DNA of 64,000 bases from Vicugna vicugna (taxonomy: Eukaryota), in contig MU059441.1 of assembly GCA_013265495.1 (NCBI GenBank), positions 248,001 to 312,000 of the forward strand, written 5' to 3'. Shown in pieces: positions 11,669-23,646 of the stretch (position 1 is the first letter of the stretch; every line of letters starts with the position of its first letter). A model generated the notes under the pieces. The model was not told the origin of the DNA, did no database searches, and saw only the letters and a program-made list of their open reading frames with translations. Made by a program: the position numbers and the translations under genes.

Positions 11669-14574
11669 CTGGGCAAGAGAGAGGCACACGCGTTGGACAG
11701 AGGCCCAGAAATGGGTCACACGTCCGTCCTGTCGGGACCCAGACAGGCACGTCCTGCTCTGGCCTCTGGCAAATGCCCCAGGCAACATCCCCGGGAACTG
11801 CACTCAAAAGCAAACCCTGTTTTTAAATGCAGACGTGAGGTCCAGCATCAGCCACGGGCAAGATGCAGCCCTGGACGAGTTAACTCGGCCTGTTCCTGCG
11901 CCACCAGAGCGGCTGCCAACGTGCCCTTCCCCCGCTGTGCCACCCTGATCCTCCCCACCGGGCCCACCCAAAGAAAACCCTGATGCTCTGTCCTCTGGGC
12001 TTGGGGACCATCTCCACAGACCAGGAAAGCCATGTCCTCTCATTTCACCACCGAGAGACTGATGCCCATAGGGACTGGCACCCAGAGAAGAGGCCGGAGC
12101 CAGCGTGACCAGTCAGAGCTGGTACACACACTGCCAGAGGGACACCAGGCACAGCAAGGGACGGCACCCTCCTCTGCACCCCGATTTCCCACCACTGGGG
12201 CTCCCCTGCAGGGACACAGCCATGAGCGTGTGACCTGGTAGGGACACGTAAGCCACCAGCCGCCTAAGGAAGGGGGATGAGGCCAGGGGTCTGGCCAACA
12301 AGTGTCCCAGAAGCAGAGGACAGCACCCCCGAGGGGGAGGTCTCAGGAGATGGCACATCTGAGGTGACAAGGGGTGGCCCCACAGCCAGGAAGGTGTCCG
12401 GCTGAGGGGGTGCCATGTGAGGGCACGGGGACCACAAAGAGACTGTGGGCGCTGGAGCCCAACTCTGTCCCAGGCCTCCGTGGTGCAGCCTCCCCTCCCT
12501 TCCAGGTCTCCAGCCTTTCCGTCAGGCGGGGACTAAAGCTCCAAGCTAGTCACGGCAGGCCCGTCTCGGGAGGCGAGGGGTCGCCGGGGCCCAGGGCCAT
12601 GTGAGGACAGGCTGGCTGCCTCTGAGAGGAGTTCTGAACTTCATTTTCAAACAAAGCTTCAAACTTGTTTCCAGGTCAGGCTCTAGACAGCCGTGTGGGA
12701 AACAACAGAGAGACAGCAGAGGCCCCGGCCGCACCCCGGGGTCCGTGCCCAGGCCGGCGGGCTCCACGTGGTGCAGGGGCGCGGGCATCATGCGGTCCCT
12801 CACGCGCTCCCAGCGCGGACTCAGGGCACACTTCCTGTCACACCGCCCTCCCCAGCGCAGGGACGCCCACCACACTCCTGCCAGCAGAGTTTCCCTCTGT
12901 AGAGATGCCTGCTAACGCAACAGCGGTCAAACACCTCTCATTCTAATCCGCCTTTCCCTCTGCGGCCGGAGTGCGGTCGCTTTCCACGTGTGTCAGTGCC
13001 TGCCTTTCCCTAACTGCAACACAGTCTACTGAGATTCACGCCAGTTCTTTGCAAATCAAAGACACACAGTCTCCCACATTCACACCAAGTTACCGCCACC
13101 CAGGGGGGTGGGTAGAAACAACTCATCAAAGATAATCTTCCCTCCAAACCCCAACCCCCCGAGGTCCACTCCAGTCACACCCACCACGCACACAGGCAGA
13201 CTGGCAGACTGGAGACTCGCGAGGCCCCGCCACACACACGCTGCCCCTCCCCACACCTTCACTGCTGAGCTCACCGTCCTCTCCTCCTCCTGTGGAAAGT
13301 GGCCGGTGGCAGTTTTTTAACTTTTTAATACAGAACGTTTCAAACGTCTACAAAATCAGAGAAAGCCATAGATTCCTCCAGACTCAAGAACTGTCAGCTG
13401 TCAGCAAGTCTGAGAAAGGGTTCTGGGGCCCCTCCGCCTCCACTCCCTTGAAAAGAGCGCCTCTGATCATCCATGCTGACCACCCTCTGCCACTCCCTGC
13501 TTACCCCCTACGTCAGAGGGGCTCAGAGCTCGCGAGGGTGCAGCTCCCAGGAGGAAACCCCTGCAGCCAGCTCCAGTCCTGCCCCTCTCCCTCCACTACC
13601 TCTAGAGCTGGGTGGGCACAGCTGTCCCCGCCTCACCTGGGCTCTCCAGGGTCCTCGCCAACCACTGCCCTCAGCTCCTCACGCCGGCCCACCTGCCTCC
13701 TTCCCCAAACATCGTCCTACCTCAGCCCCAGGGCCCACCTGTGCCTCGGGCCCTCCTCAGGCCCTCCCAGAGCTCCCTCCACCTTCCTCCCAGAGTTCAT
13801 GGCAAGCCCTGCAGCCAGGCCTTCGGTTTGTATCGAGAAGCAGTATCACAGCAGCAATGGGTGAAACTTACTGATGTATTCTCACACCCTAATTAAACTT
13901 GCCCACCAACCAGGCCCTCACTTCACAGGTGAGCTTGTCCGGGTCACAGAGCTGTCGCGCAGACCTAGACTGGAGTCCGGCAACACGCTCCACTGCCGGG
14001 CCCCGCCGTGCGGGCATATGGCATGCGCTGCTCCTCCAGACCCGTGTCCGCTGCCAGGGCTCCATGAGGTGTGCCTCACTCCCCGCTCGCCCAGAGCCCC
14101 ACAGGACATCCCCGCGTCCTGAACATCCGCACATAGAAAGCCCGTGGGGACGAACCTCCAAGTCACACCCAACTCCTGCGTCCCCACCCGCCACTGAGCA
14201 CCGTCCAACTCCCGACTGCCTCGTCTACACCGTCTCCCCTTCCCACCACCAAAGCCCATCTGCCCAGGACACCGGCGGGCACCTGAACTCCAGCATGGTC
14301 CATCACCTCTGCCTGGAGCACTCAGCTGGCTGCCCTGCGGCTCTGGGAGACTCACCCACACCGGCCCTCCTGCCTCTACCCCTAGCCATCTTACTCACGC
14401 CCCGAGGCCCAAGAACTGTTCAGGTGACCTCCTCTGTGCACCAAGCCCCTGCGTGTCAGTTGCCTACCTGTCACACCCCAACTGGAGCCCTGATGGAGGC
14501 AGAACCCAGTCTGGGTGAGAACACCTGCCACACGTCTCCTGCACTCTAGGAACCGGATGGCTACTACTAGGTCT

Positions 14575-14670
14575 TTACTATCCCCTTCTCCAGAAAAGGA
14601 ACCTCAGGCACAGAGAAGCTTACTTGAGGTCACCAACTTCAGGAGCGTGGGGTCAGGATTCAACTCCACC
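14575..14670 (-). mobile_element. MIR fragment
   Basis: aggaacctcaggcacagagaag...aggtcacc resembles the reverse complement of the MIR core. Confidence 0.4.
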
Positions 14671-15149
14671 AGCACAGGCTGACCGGCCCACAGGCCCAGT
14701 CCATCCGCAACACTGGCAGCCAGCACGGACAGCCCCCGAGGCACCAGGGAGTGCATCGAGCTCTCAGGCTCTGAGAGCATAACCAGCCCGGCTCTGCTGC
14801 TGCCCAGGCCCCGCACAAGGAGCTGCGCTCACCGAGTCCACAACCCGTGCCAGACTCCAAACAGGCACTTTTCACACGTCACATCACAACCGCTGAACTC
14901 TCACATCACAGCCACCAAATCAAACAGGCAGCTCAGCAGAGCTGTGGCCGGTTTAGTGAGAGCTCCATGGGGCCAAGAGTCAAGCGGGCCTGGCTGTGAA
15001 GTTTGCTCACTAAGGGAGAGCAGTCTGCTAACCCCGCTCAAGTCAGCACGATGCCGCAGCTCCCATGCCCCGCTGTGAAGGACTTATACCCGCACAGAGC
15101 AAGGGCACACAGTGCCAGCCCACAGCGCTGGGTGGCAGGTGCCACCTAC

Positions 15150-15280
15150 CTTCCACGGGGCAGACGAAGGGCTTGGTGCCCAGGTGCGTGACGCTGTGGC
15201 CCTTAAGGTGCTCCGCCCGCGTGAACGACTTCCCACAGCCCTCGACAGGGCAGGTGAACCTCCGGTCATCCTCATGCTTC
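15150..15280 (-). CDS. ZXDC: ZXDC coding exon 4 (finger 8, start of finger 9)
   Basis: 131 nt, gggcag acceptor, gtaggt donor; KHEDDRRFTCPVEGCGKSFTRAEHLKGHSVTHLGTKPFVCPVE; missed by the ORF track. Confidence 0.95.
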
Positions 15281-16190
15281 CTGCCCGGACAGAAAGGCAG
15301 CGGTGAGCACTCGCAGCCAGGGACACCAGGCTTTGGGGCCCACTACCCGTCTAAAGGTCTGCAGGACAGACCAAACTACAAAGTCTTTGAGTTTAATTAA
15401 AAAAAAAAAACACACTTCAAAAAAGTCGTAATTTTCTCTCCAGCCCACACGGGCAGATCCACTGCCCTGTAATCAGAAATTCCACTGTAATGACGAGGCC
15501 AACCCTATGGTCAGACATGGAGCCACTGTGCTGCGTCAGTCCAGGGACAGTGGCTCCCAAGGGGCTGATAAAGCCACTCCCACTGTTCAGAAGCCCCTAA
15601 ACTAAACAAGCGCTCCGCACCACGGAGGACGGTGAGACCACAGTGCCGTAGGCGCCCTCAGCCCACGCGGAAGTGGGGGTTCCCTCCGGGTGGTGCTTTT
15701 ATGTTGAGCGCTGCGAGCCCCGGCGTGTGAGCAGGGATGAACGGCCAGCCTCTCCAGGTCCCTGAGCAGAACGGGAGCTGTCAGAGCTGCTGTGGAGCCT
15801 GAACGAGGGCCACGGGCCATGGGCCACATGCTGAACGTCACTGCACAGGCCCAGCCCACCAAGGGCGTCGCCACCGCCACCGCCACGGGAGGTTTGTAAA
15901 GACACAAGGAAGGCTTGTTCTGTGATGTTAATTTTTTACAACATCAAGTTGTGTATTAAGTGTACGCATCAAATTTAGCAGAGTATACACAGAAAAAACT
16001 GACTTCAGGTGATCAGATCCTGAGAGGTTTCCTTCTTATAAGCTTTCTGAATTATCAACATCATCCACGCGGGGCTTCATTGTTTGTAACTTAACAAAGA
16101 CCACAGATTATCGTATCCACGGGCTCCTCTTACTGACAAACAATTCAGTCACTTTCGAGTCTCAGAACTCAACCAAAACGTCAAGATCAC

Positions 16191-16269
16191 CTTTTGTGCC
16201 TCAGGAGTTTGGACATGCTGGTGAAGGTCCAGCCGCAGCTGTCAGAGTCACAGACAAAAGGCCTTTCTC
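16191..16269 (-). CDS. ZXDC: ZXDC coding exon 3 (finger 7)
   Basis: 79 nt, ctcag acceptor, gtgatc donor; ERPFVCDSDSCGWTFTSMSKLLRHKR. Confidence 0.95.
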
Positions 16270-16353
16270 CTGAGAAGGGAAGACACGCCAGCACGTGAGT
16301 ACAGATGGGGGCTGTCGGCGGGTGGGGGTCCGGCCCCCGTCGCCCACTCTCAC

Positions 16354-16506
16354 CTGTGTGGCTCCGCAGGTGTATTTTCAGGCGACAGGCTTTGTCGTAC
16401 TGCTTGCTACACCCAGGGAAGGAGCAGGAAAAGAGCTCCTGCTCCCGGAAGTGGGCCCGGTTGTGGGAGAAGAGCGCGCTCACAGTGATGAAGGTCTTCT
16501 CGCAGC
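16354..16506 (-). CDS. ZXDC: ZXDC coding exon 2 (end of finger 5, finger 6)
   Basis: 153 nt, gttcag acceptor, gtgaga donor; CEKTFITVSALFSHNRAHFREQELFSCSFPGCSKQYDKACRLKIHLRSHT. Confidence 0.96.
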
Positions 16507-18637
16507 CTGAACAGGAGACACAGACCTGCTCACCGTCGGGACAGAAATCACATCACAGCTAAACAGTCACCACCCGGGCGGCTGCTCCCACCCAAGCAGA
16601 CGAGGAAGAAGGTGACTCTGGAGCACTCCAGGCAGTTGTGACACTGGAGTCTGTGGCGGGACGGCTCACGTCGAGGTGGCTGGGGACAAGCACTGGGTGC
16701 ACCCAGGCCACCTGTCCTGACGTGACTCGCAGAGGAGGCATCTGATCCAAAGTCCTCCAGGCACAGCCATCTGTCCCCAGTCTGTGCACAGACCCCACCT
16801 CCACTGAGAACTCAACTGCCAAAGCTGCCCCATGTGAGACCAAGAAAACCAAGGAGAGAAATCAGGCACCAAGGAAGCAGGCTGGCCTGGGAGGGCCGCA
16901 GAGCACCACGCAGTGAGACTCACCCGCGGAAGAGGTGCTGCACCTCTGCCGTTAGGAACGTCCTCCCCGACACCCTCCCCACGCGGCACCCAGCCTCTCT
17001 CCTCTTCCCTCTGCCTGCCTCCTCAGGGCTCCTGCTCTGGCAAAGCCACGGGGTCACCCCACTCCCATGGCCTTACCGGCACTTGCATCGTCTACTGGGC
17101 TGAGCCCCCAAACTTCGCAGGTCACTAGTTCCCAAACAGGGCAGAGTGTACGGGGCTGCAAGGTGCTCAGCAGGGGTCTCTGCTGCCTTCATCGCGCGCC
17201 TGGTGCGCGTCCACACCGAGCAGAGGCATACTGCGCGGCCCTGCGCAGAAGCACCGGCCCAGAAGCCCCGCCCTCCTAGCATCACCTCACTGGGAAGTGC
17301 CTGTCTTCCCAAATGCCCCCAGCCCCCCTCTCTGGCATAAATCTACCCCTCCTTCCCTGTTTCTGGCTTTGGTGTCTTCACATACACAGTCTCTCTGCTT
17401 CAGTGAGAACCACCCTACCCCAAAGGACAGTCAAGCCTCTGGCCCCACTTCTGCCATCTTTCGCACCCAGAGCCCGCTGCTTCCAACTGGGTCAGCCCTC
17501 AGGACTCAGCTCTGGGTCCCTCTTCTGCTCCCACTCTGACACCCCACCCATCATTCACCTGAAAACCCTCAGGGTGACCTCAGGCCCTGAAGCAGGCTGC
17601 ACCCCTGACCCTCCCAACACTATACCCAGAAGGACGCTCTCTGGGCCTCTGACTGGAGAGCCGGACGTCAGTCACCGTCAGATTCCAAGTGCAGGACCGA
17701 GAAAGGTGTTGAACCAATGGCCAAAAGCCATGCTCTCCAGGAAGAAGGGGAGCACAGGACAGCCCACAGGCACCGGCGAGGAGAACACTAGAACCTGGAA
17801 ACACCTGACTCTTGTTTCGCTTTCCAAAGCCCTACATTTGACCATGTTTCACAACATATTCGTTATTAGGAAAGCGTTGCAGGTATATGACACGAGAGAG
17901 TCGCTGGGCGTGTGCTAGGCACACACGGGAACTTTTCTTTTAACTAAGGGGATGCGGGGGGCCTCCGCACCTGTCTGTCCTCACAGCCCAGGTCCCCTGC
18001 CTGCCGCGCCCCGCAGCTGCGCCGGCCAGTACTGCCTTCCCGCAACCCCCCAGCCCCTCCTTCCCAGGCAGGAATCTTCCCCTCCAGAGGCCCCTGTCCC
18101 TCTGGGAGCAGCTCAACCTGCCTATCCTGGTGGCAGAGCTCACAGGCACCCACGGCGGGAAGGACCCCCTCCACCGGGTTTTATCCACCCTGCTCGGGCC
18201 TCAGTCTCTTCATCTCTAAGATGAAGGCATTCTCAGAACTTGACAAAACTTTACACCCAAACGAAATAAAAATTTTAAAGGCACAAAAACAGATGCACCA
18301 TACACCCGCGATGATCCCCTCAGCGCCTGAAGGTCTTCCGTGGGGCCGGACCGCCCTGCGTCCCTGCAAGACGGAGCAAACCACGAGCCCAGGAAAATAA
18401 AGACCTGCCTGGCGACTCGAGTCTCGGGGAAGACTCCTCGGCAGCTTCATTAACCGGAAACACCTGAGGAGGTGCTGCCCTCCAGCTGGGGAAGGCACGA
18501 TCTGAGCTACCGCGCAGCCCAAACCTCGCAGCGATGCAGGGTTCCGTGCAGGGCTCGGTGCCTCCCCAAAACCCGGGAAAGGGGAGGAGAAACGCAGAGG
18601 ACCCCGCCCCCGCCGCCCCCGCCGCCGCGCCGGTTAC

Positions 18638-19376
18638 CGGGAAAGTCACACTTGTAGGGCCGCTCGGGCCCGAAGTGGCTGCGCTGGTGCGAGCTGAGCT
18701 TGGCGTGCGTGGGGAAGCGCTCGGCGCACACCTCGCACTTGAACAGGCTCTCCTGCTCGTGGCCCTTCATGTGCGCCTTGAGGTTGTACACGGTAGTGAA
18801 CTTCTTGCCGCAGCCGCCCACCGGGCAGCCGAAGGGCCGCAGCTTGTCGTGCGACTGCAGGTGCCGCTTGAGCTTGTAGGACGTGGTGAAGGCCCAGCCG
18901 CAGCCGTCCAGCGGGCACTTGAAGGGCCGCCGGCCCTGGCTGCCGCCGTGCGTCAGCAGGTGCACCTTGAGCTGGTGCTTCTTGGCGAAGGCGAGCGCGC
19001 ACTGCGGCTCCGGGCAGCGGTAGCCGGGGCCGGCGGGCACGCGGCGACCCTCGGCCGGGCTAGCGGCCTCCTGGCCGGGCGCCGGGCCCCGGGGCGGCGC
19101 GGCCCGCGCGGGGACGCGGGGANNNNNNNNNNNNNNNNNNNNNNNNNNNNNNNNNNNNNNNNNNNNNNNNNNNNNNNNNNNNNNNNNNNNNNNNNNNNNN
19201 NNNNNNNNNNNNNNNNNNNNNNNNNNNNNNNCCTGCGCGCCGTCCTCGGGGCCCCGCAACAGCAGCAGGCGGCGGCGCGCGGGGCCCGGGGCTCTGCGGG
19301 CCCGGCCGGGGCCGCCACCCAGCTGGGGTCCGCGCGAGGCCGGGGCCGGAGCGGCGAGCGACGCCGGCGCGTCCAT
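18638..19376 (-). CDS. ZXDC: ZXDC coding exon 1 (MDAPASLAAP..., fingers 1-4 and start of 5), interrupted by an N gap
   Basis: ATG in strong Kozak context (aagATGG) at 19376; RRRLLLLRGPEDG before the gap, YRCPEPQCALAFAKKHQLKVHLLTH...YKCDFP after it; donor gtaacc at 18637. Confidence 0.93.
19123..19231. other. Assembly gap (109 N) inside ZXDC exon 1
   Basis: Run of n in the sequence. Confidence 1.
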
Positions 19377-19959
19377 CTTGGGCCGCAGCGCGTCAGCCGC
19401 CGCCTCGCCGGAAGCACCGCCCCCGCCGCACGCCCGCCGAGCGCGACGCCCGCGGGTAGGCGCCAAAGCCCGGCGTGGAGCGCGGCGCGCGGGGCCTGCT
19501 GGGCCGCGTGACGTCAGCGCCGCGCCCGGCCCCGCCCCCGCCGCCTCGGTCGGCGCCGCCTGGCGTCTCGTCCGCGCCCGGGCCGACCGCGTCCACCTGC
19601 AGGTCCCCGGGAGGCGCCTGCGCCCGCCGCCCTGCCGGTTCTCCGCCGGCCGGCCGGCTCAGCCCTCCCGCGGGGCCCCGCCCCGCCCCCGTACTCGTCT
19701 GCGCCCCGGCTCGTGGCTGCAGCGGCTGCTCGGCCCTTCGCGGTGGTCCGGGCTGTGCGCCTCCCTGGAGAAGGCCCCGTGAGGACGGCGGCCCTGCCTC
19801 GCTCCCAGCCCACGCCCGGAGGCCAGCGGCGGAGACTCGGTAACCGGCCCCTGAGCTGACGGAGGCGCGCTCTACTCTTAAACGTACTTTAGAACAAGGT
19901 CCATCAGTAACGTCCGAGAAAACAGGAAACATCTTTGTGCGTGTATGCATTTAAGCCAA

Positions 19960-21075
19960 AAATACTCCGCTCCAGACCATTCGACGAAGGAAAAAAATCT
20001 GTTCACCAGACAGTACCGGGACAACTGGAATCCACATGCAGCAGAACGGATTTGGACCTCCGCCTCGCACCAGACACAAAAAGGAGCTCAAAATGGGTGA
20101 GGGCCTGGATGCAGAGCCATCGCTGTGAAGCTACTACGGGAAGACCGTTAGGTCTAGACTGTAAATCGGTGTGATCTTGGGTTGGGGACTGGCTTCTTAG
20201 CTGCCGAACCAGCAGCACAGCCAGTGTGAGAAACACCCTGGGCTTCATCGAGATAAAAACTGGGGTCGGCCGGGGAAGAGAAAGAAAATAAACGGGACCT
20301 AACCAAACTTACAAGCTTTTGCACAGCAAAGGAGACTATAAACAACGCAAAAAGACAACCTACGGACTGGGAGAAAACAGTTGTAAACCATGTGAATGAT
20401 AAGGGCTTAATTTCCAAAAGATACCGACAGCTTATACGGCTAAATAAAAAAACAAATAACCCAGTCAAAACACGGGCAGAAACAGACATTTCTCCAGAGA
20501 CATCCGGATGGCCAATAGACACGTGAAAAGATGCTCATTGCAGTTTTGACTTGCATGCATTAGAGAAATGCGAGTCAGAACCGCAGTGAGGTATCACCTC
20601 ACACTGGTCAGAATGGCCATCCTCAGTAAGTCTACAAGCAACGATCCTGGAGAGGGTGTGGAGAAAAGGGAGCTCTCCTACACTGTTGGTGGGAATGTGA
20701 TTTGGTGTATCCACTGTGGAAAACAAGTATGGAGATTTCTTTAAAAACTGAAGATAGTAGGTTAGGCACAGGTAAGTATGATATGACTCCGTGTAGAATC
20801 TAAAAAATACAAGTCAACTTATTTAGAAAACAAACAGGCTCACAGACAGGGAAAACAAACTTAACGCTTACCAGAGGGAAAGGGGAGGGATAAATTAGGA
20901 GTATGGGGTTAATAGACAGACACCACTATATATAAAATAGATAAACAAGGACTTACTGTACGGTACAGAGAACTGTGCTCAATAACTTGGAATAGTCTGT
21001 AATGGAAAAGAATCTGAAGTTGTACACCTGAAACTAACAATATTACGAATCAACGATAAATTTTTTTAAATCAAA
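19960..21075 (+). mobile_element. 5'-truncated, internally deleted LINE-1 (ORF2 3' part and 3' UTR), non-coding relic
   Basis: Typical L1 strings: gcacagcaaaggagact, gtgaggtatcacctcacactggtcagaatggccatc, ctctcctacactgttggtgggaatgt; A-rich end near 21070. Confidence 0.85.
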
Positions 21076-21084
21076 AAGAAACCT

Positions 21085-21594
21085 CTTCTGGGTCAAAGAG
21101 CAGCAACTCAAGAACAGCCAGTGGAAGAGGGCAGCGGGCAAGGCTTGTGGGAAGGACTCGGAGCATCTGCACTGCGTGTGTGCCACTGCCCCCAGATCTC
21201 CCCGAGTTCACCAGCCCAGAATCTCTCCTTTTGGGTTTTTATGGCAGCTTTGTTATAAGGGCATGATTGATACATCACTGGCCATTTGTGATTGATTAGA
21301 CCACCAGCCCCTCTTTCCTCCCTGGCGGTCAGAGGGTGGGGAAACTGAAAGTTCCAGTCTTCTGGTCACAAGGCTGGTTGTCCCCCACCCCGACCCCAGG
21401 CAACCAGCCCCTGTCCTCAGCGAGGCACAAGATTCACCTTACTAAAATAAATTCAGGTGTGGCCAAAAGGGCCTTGTTACATGGAAACACTCTTATCACT
21501 CTCTTATCACTTAGGAAACGCTAACAGTTTTAGGAGCTCTTCCAGAACCAGGGAGGAAGACCAAATATTTCTTTCTGTAAATTATTACATCACA
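21085..21594 (-). mobile_element. MER21-type LTR, partial
   Basis: Reverse complement begins tgtgatgtaat...aaatatttggtcttcctccctggttctggaagagctcctaaaac, like the MER21 5' end. Confidence 0.7.
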
Positions 21595-21626
21595 GAGTTA
21601 AAGGAGACCCCTCCATCAAGGGTCCC

Positions 21627-22074
21627 CGTGGTGGTCAATTTTACACGTCACATGGGTTGGGCCTTTGGGTGTGTCTGTGAGGGGTTTCCAGGTGAGACTG
21701 TGAATGGGAGTACGTCGTAAGGCAGAAGGCGCTCTCCAAAGTAGGTGGCAGGCATCGTGCAGGAAGTCGAGGTCCCCTCAAGGTGGAGGAAGGAGGAATC
21801 TGCCCCTTTTCCTGCCTCACTGGTTGAGCTGGGGCATCTCACCTCCTCCTGCCCTGGACTGGGACTTAAACCAGCTCCCCTGGTTCTCAGGCCTCCGTCT
21901 CAGACTGAGTTGACCCCCGCACCCCCCCCACCAGCTTTCCTGGGTCTCCAGCGGGCGTGACATACACAGTGTCTATGTCCATCTGTAGGCAGATCCCTGC
22001 CTGTATTACAACACATGGATGTATATTTGCATGCATCTGCTGTGGCTTCTCTGGAGAACCCCAGTGCAGACACA
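21627..22074 (+). mobile_element. MLT2-type (ERVL) LTR
   Basis: Starts gtggtggtcaattttac; contains gggtgtgtctgtgaggggtttccagg; ends ttctctggagaaccc...aca. Confidence 0.7.
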
Positions 22075-22770
22075 GATTCAAGTCCGAGCAGGTCACACAA
22101 AAGGGAGGAGCAGGCAGGAGGAAGAAGCAGCAGCTCATGCCCAAGAATAAACAGCAAACACACCTGGCCTTGCCCTGGAGGACAGTAGAGATGGGTGGGG
22201 ACTGTGGCAAATGGAAAAAGCAAGCCCGAGGGGCCAGGAGTGCACGTGTGGCCTAATCTTCTGATTGCTTTGAATTACTCAAAATTTGGATTTTTAAGTG
22301 CAATCTCCCATTCTGTAAAAACTGGTGACAAAGTCAAAAACTTTTTAAAGAGGGCAGGCCAAAGAAAACCCAACCCAGTAGGTCAAGCCCAGCCCCGGCC
22401 CCCAGGATAGGGGCCCCTCGGAAAGCCCAAGGCCAGGGAGCTCGTTGCTCCGCTGAGCCCCCGCACTGGCCCGGGCTGGCCGGCGAGGAAAGCCTGTGGG
22501 GCCGGGCAGTTTCGGGTTCCCAGAGAGCAGAAGCTGCCCTGGGAGAGGCTCTGAGACCTTCACAGCCTGTGGCCTGCAAGGCCGCCAAGCCTGCACCCGT
22601 CGGGGCCAGCTGGTTCTATCTTGACAATCGTGATGAAAACATTTCTCAGTGGACTGCAAGTCTCTGCTTTCTTGAAAAATAAGACTGAGCTGGACACGCT
22701 GAGCAGCCGCACTGTTCCATCCCTTATCAACTGGCGGGAAAACTTCACATTGTAAGAGCTGTGAGCCAGG

Positions 22771-22776
22771 TTTATT
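22771..22776 (-). terminator. Likely UROC1 polyadenylation signal (3' UTR about 0.75 kb)
   Basis: First minus-strand AATAAA I found downstream of the stop at 23506. Confidence 0.6.
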
Positions 22777-23505
22777 CAGGGTCTCACCGAGGACCACTTC
22801 CTACTGTGCACATTGCTGCCCAGACAACACCGGGGTTTGGTTAGTTCGAGAGAAGGCGGAATGGCCACTGGGGAGGAGGCGAGTAGTGTGATGGTTGAGG
22901 ACTCAGCCCCCCACGGGATGGGGAGGGGAGGGGTGTCAAGTTTTCTGTGGCTCCTTAGAGACCCGTCCCCTGAACTCTTTCTCAATTCTTTGTTGAGGCT
23001 GAGTCATTTTTAGGCCTGATGTGGGCCCGGCTGGGGCTCTGCTGAGGCTGGGAACTAACGAGAGTGAGGGGCAGGTCACAGCAGGGCGCTATGCACAACA
23101 AGGTCATGGCGACCCCGCGTGGACAGCAGCACAGGGGTGGGGGGCAGCCTCCGCCTAGTTCCCTGGAGGCCCTAGGCACACGGAAGGAAGGCAGCGGCTG
23201 AATGAGAACCTGACCGAAGGAAATCCTGCCCCTTGGAGGGAGGCGGTGCCCAGCTCAGCCAGGGTTCACCGCAGGAGCACCTGGAGCCAGGCGCCCGCCC
23301 TGAGCAAGAGCCTCACGGCCTCCCAGGCCCCCAGCAGAGCCGCGCGGTGATGCAGAGGGCCCGCCAGTCTGGCCTCAGCCAATCCGTCTTCAAACGGGGA
23401 CGGGACGTGGTGGCCCTCCCTGAGGGTGATGGGCCCGGATCAGGGCAGTGGGCAGCAGCAGGTGTGGTGTGGTTGTCGGTGAGGATGGGTGGCTCTCAGC
23501 CCCCC

Positions 23506-23646
23506 TCACGGCCGCAGGGCCTGCTGGAGCACACGCTCATCGGCCACCTCGTGGGGCAGTGTCACCACCAGGCCCCTGATCTCCTCCATTGTCCGGCAGA
23601 TGGTCTCGTGGGCCTTCTGGTTCCCGGACCAACAGCGGCGGGCCAC
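23506..23646 (-). CDS. UROC1: UROC1 exon 20 with stop (VARRCWSGNQKAHETICRT...DERVLQQALRP*)
   Basis: 141 nt after ccggcag acceptor; TGA at 23506-23508. Confidence 0.96.
   Translation of the reverse strand: MARRCWSGNQKAHETICRTMEEIRGLVVTLPHEVADERVLQQALRP

Larger units (their letters stand above)
18480..19870 (-). promoter_or_regulatory. CpG island and promoter of ZXDC
   Basis: Very high GC and CpG density over exon 1 and upstream; full CRE TGACGTCA at 19509-19516; GC boxes near 19529-19538 and 19677-19686. Confidence 0.85.

Noticed and set aside
18534-19511. 325-aa plus-strand ORF
   Set aside because: Antisense shadow of the zinc-finger exon in a CpG island, and it spans the N gap
20769-20777. 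Perfect plus-strand donor CAG/gtaagt, suggesting a ZXDC-divergent lncRNA
   Set aside because: A single 9-mer at an L1 deletion junction with no supporting exon structure
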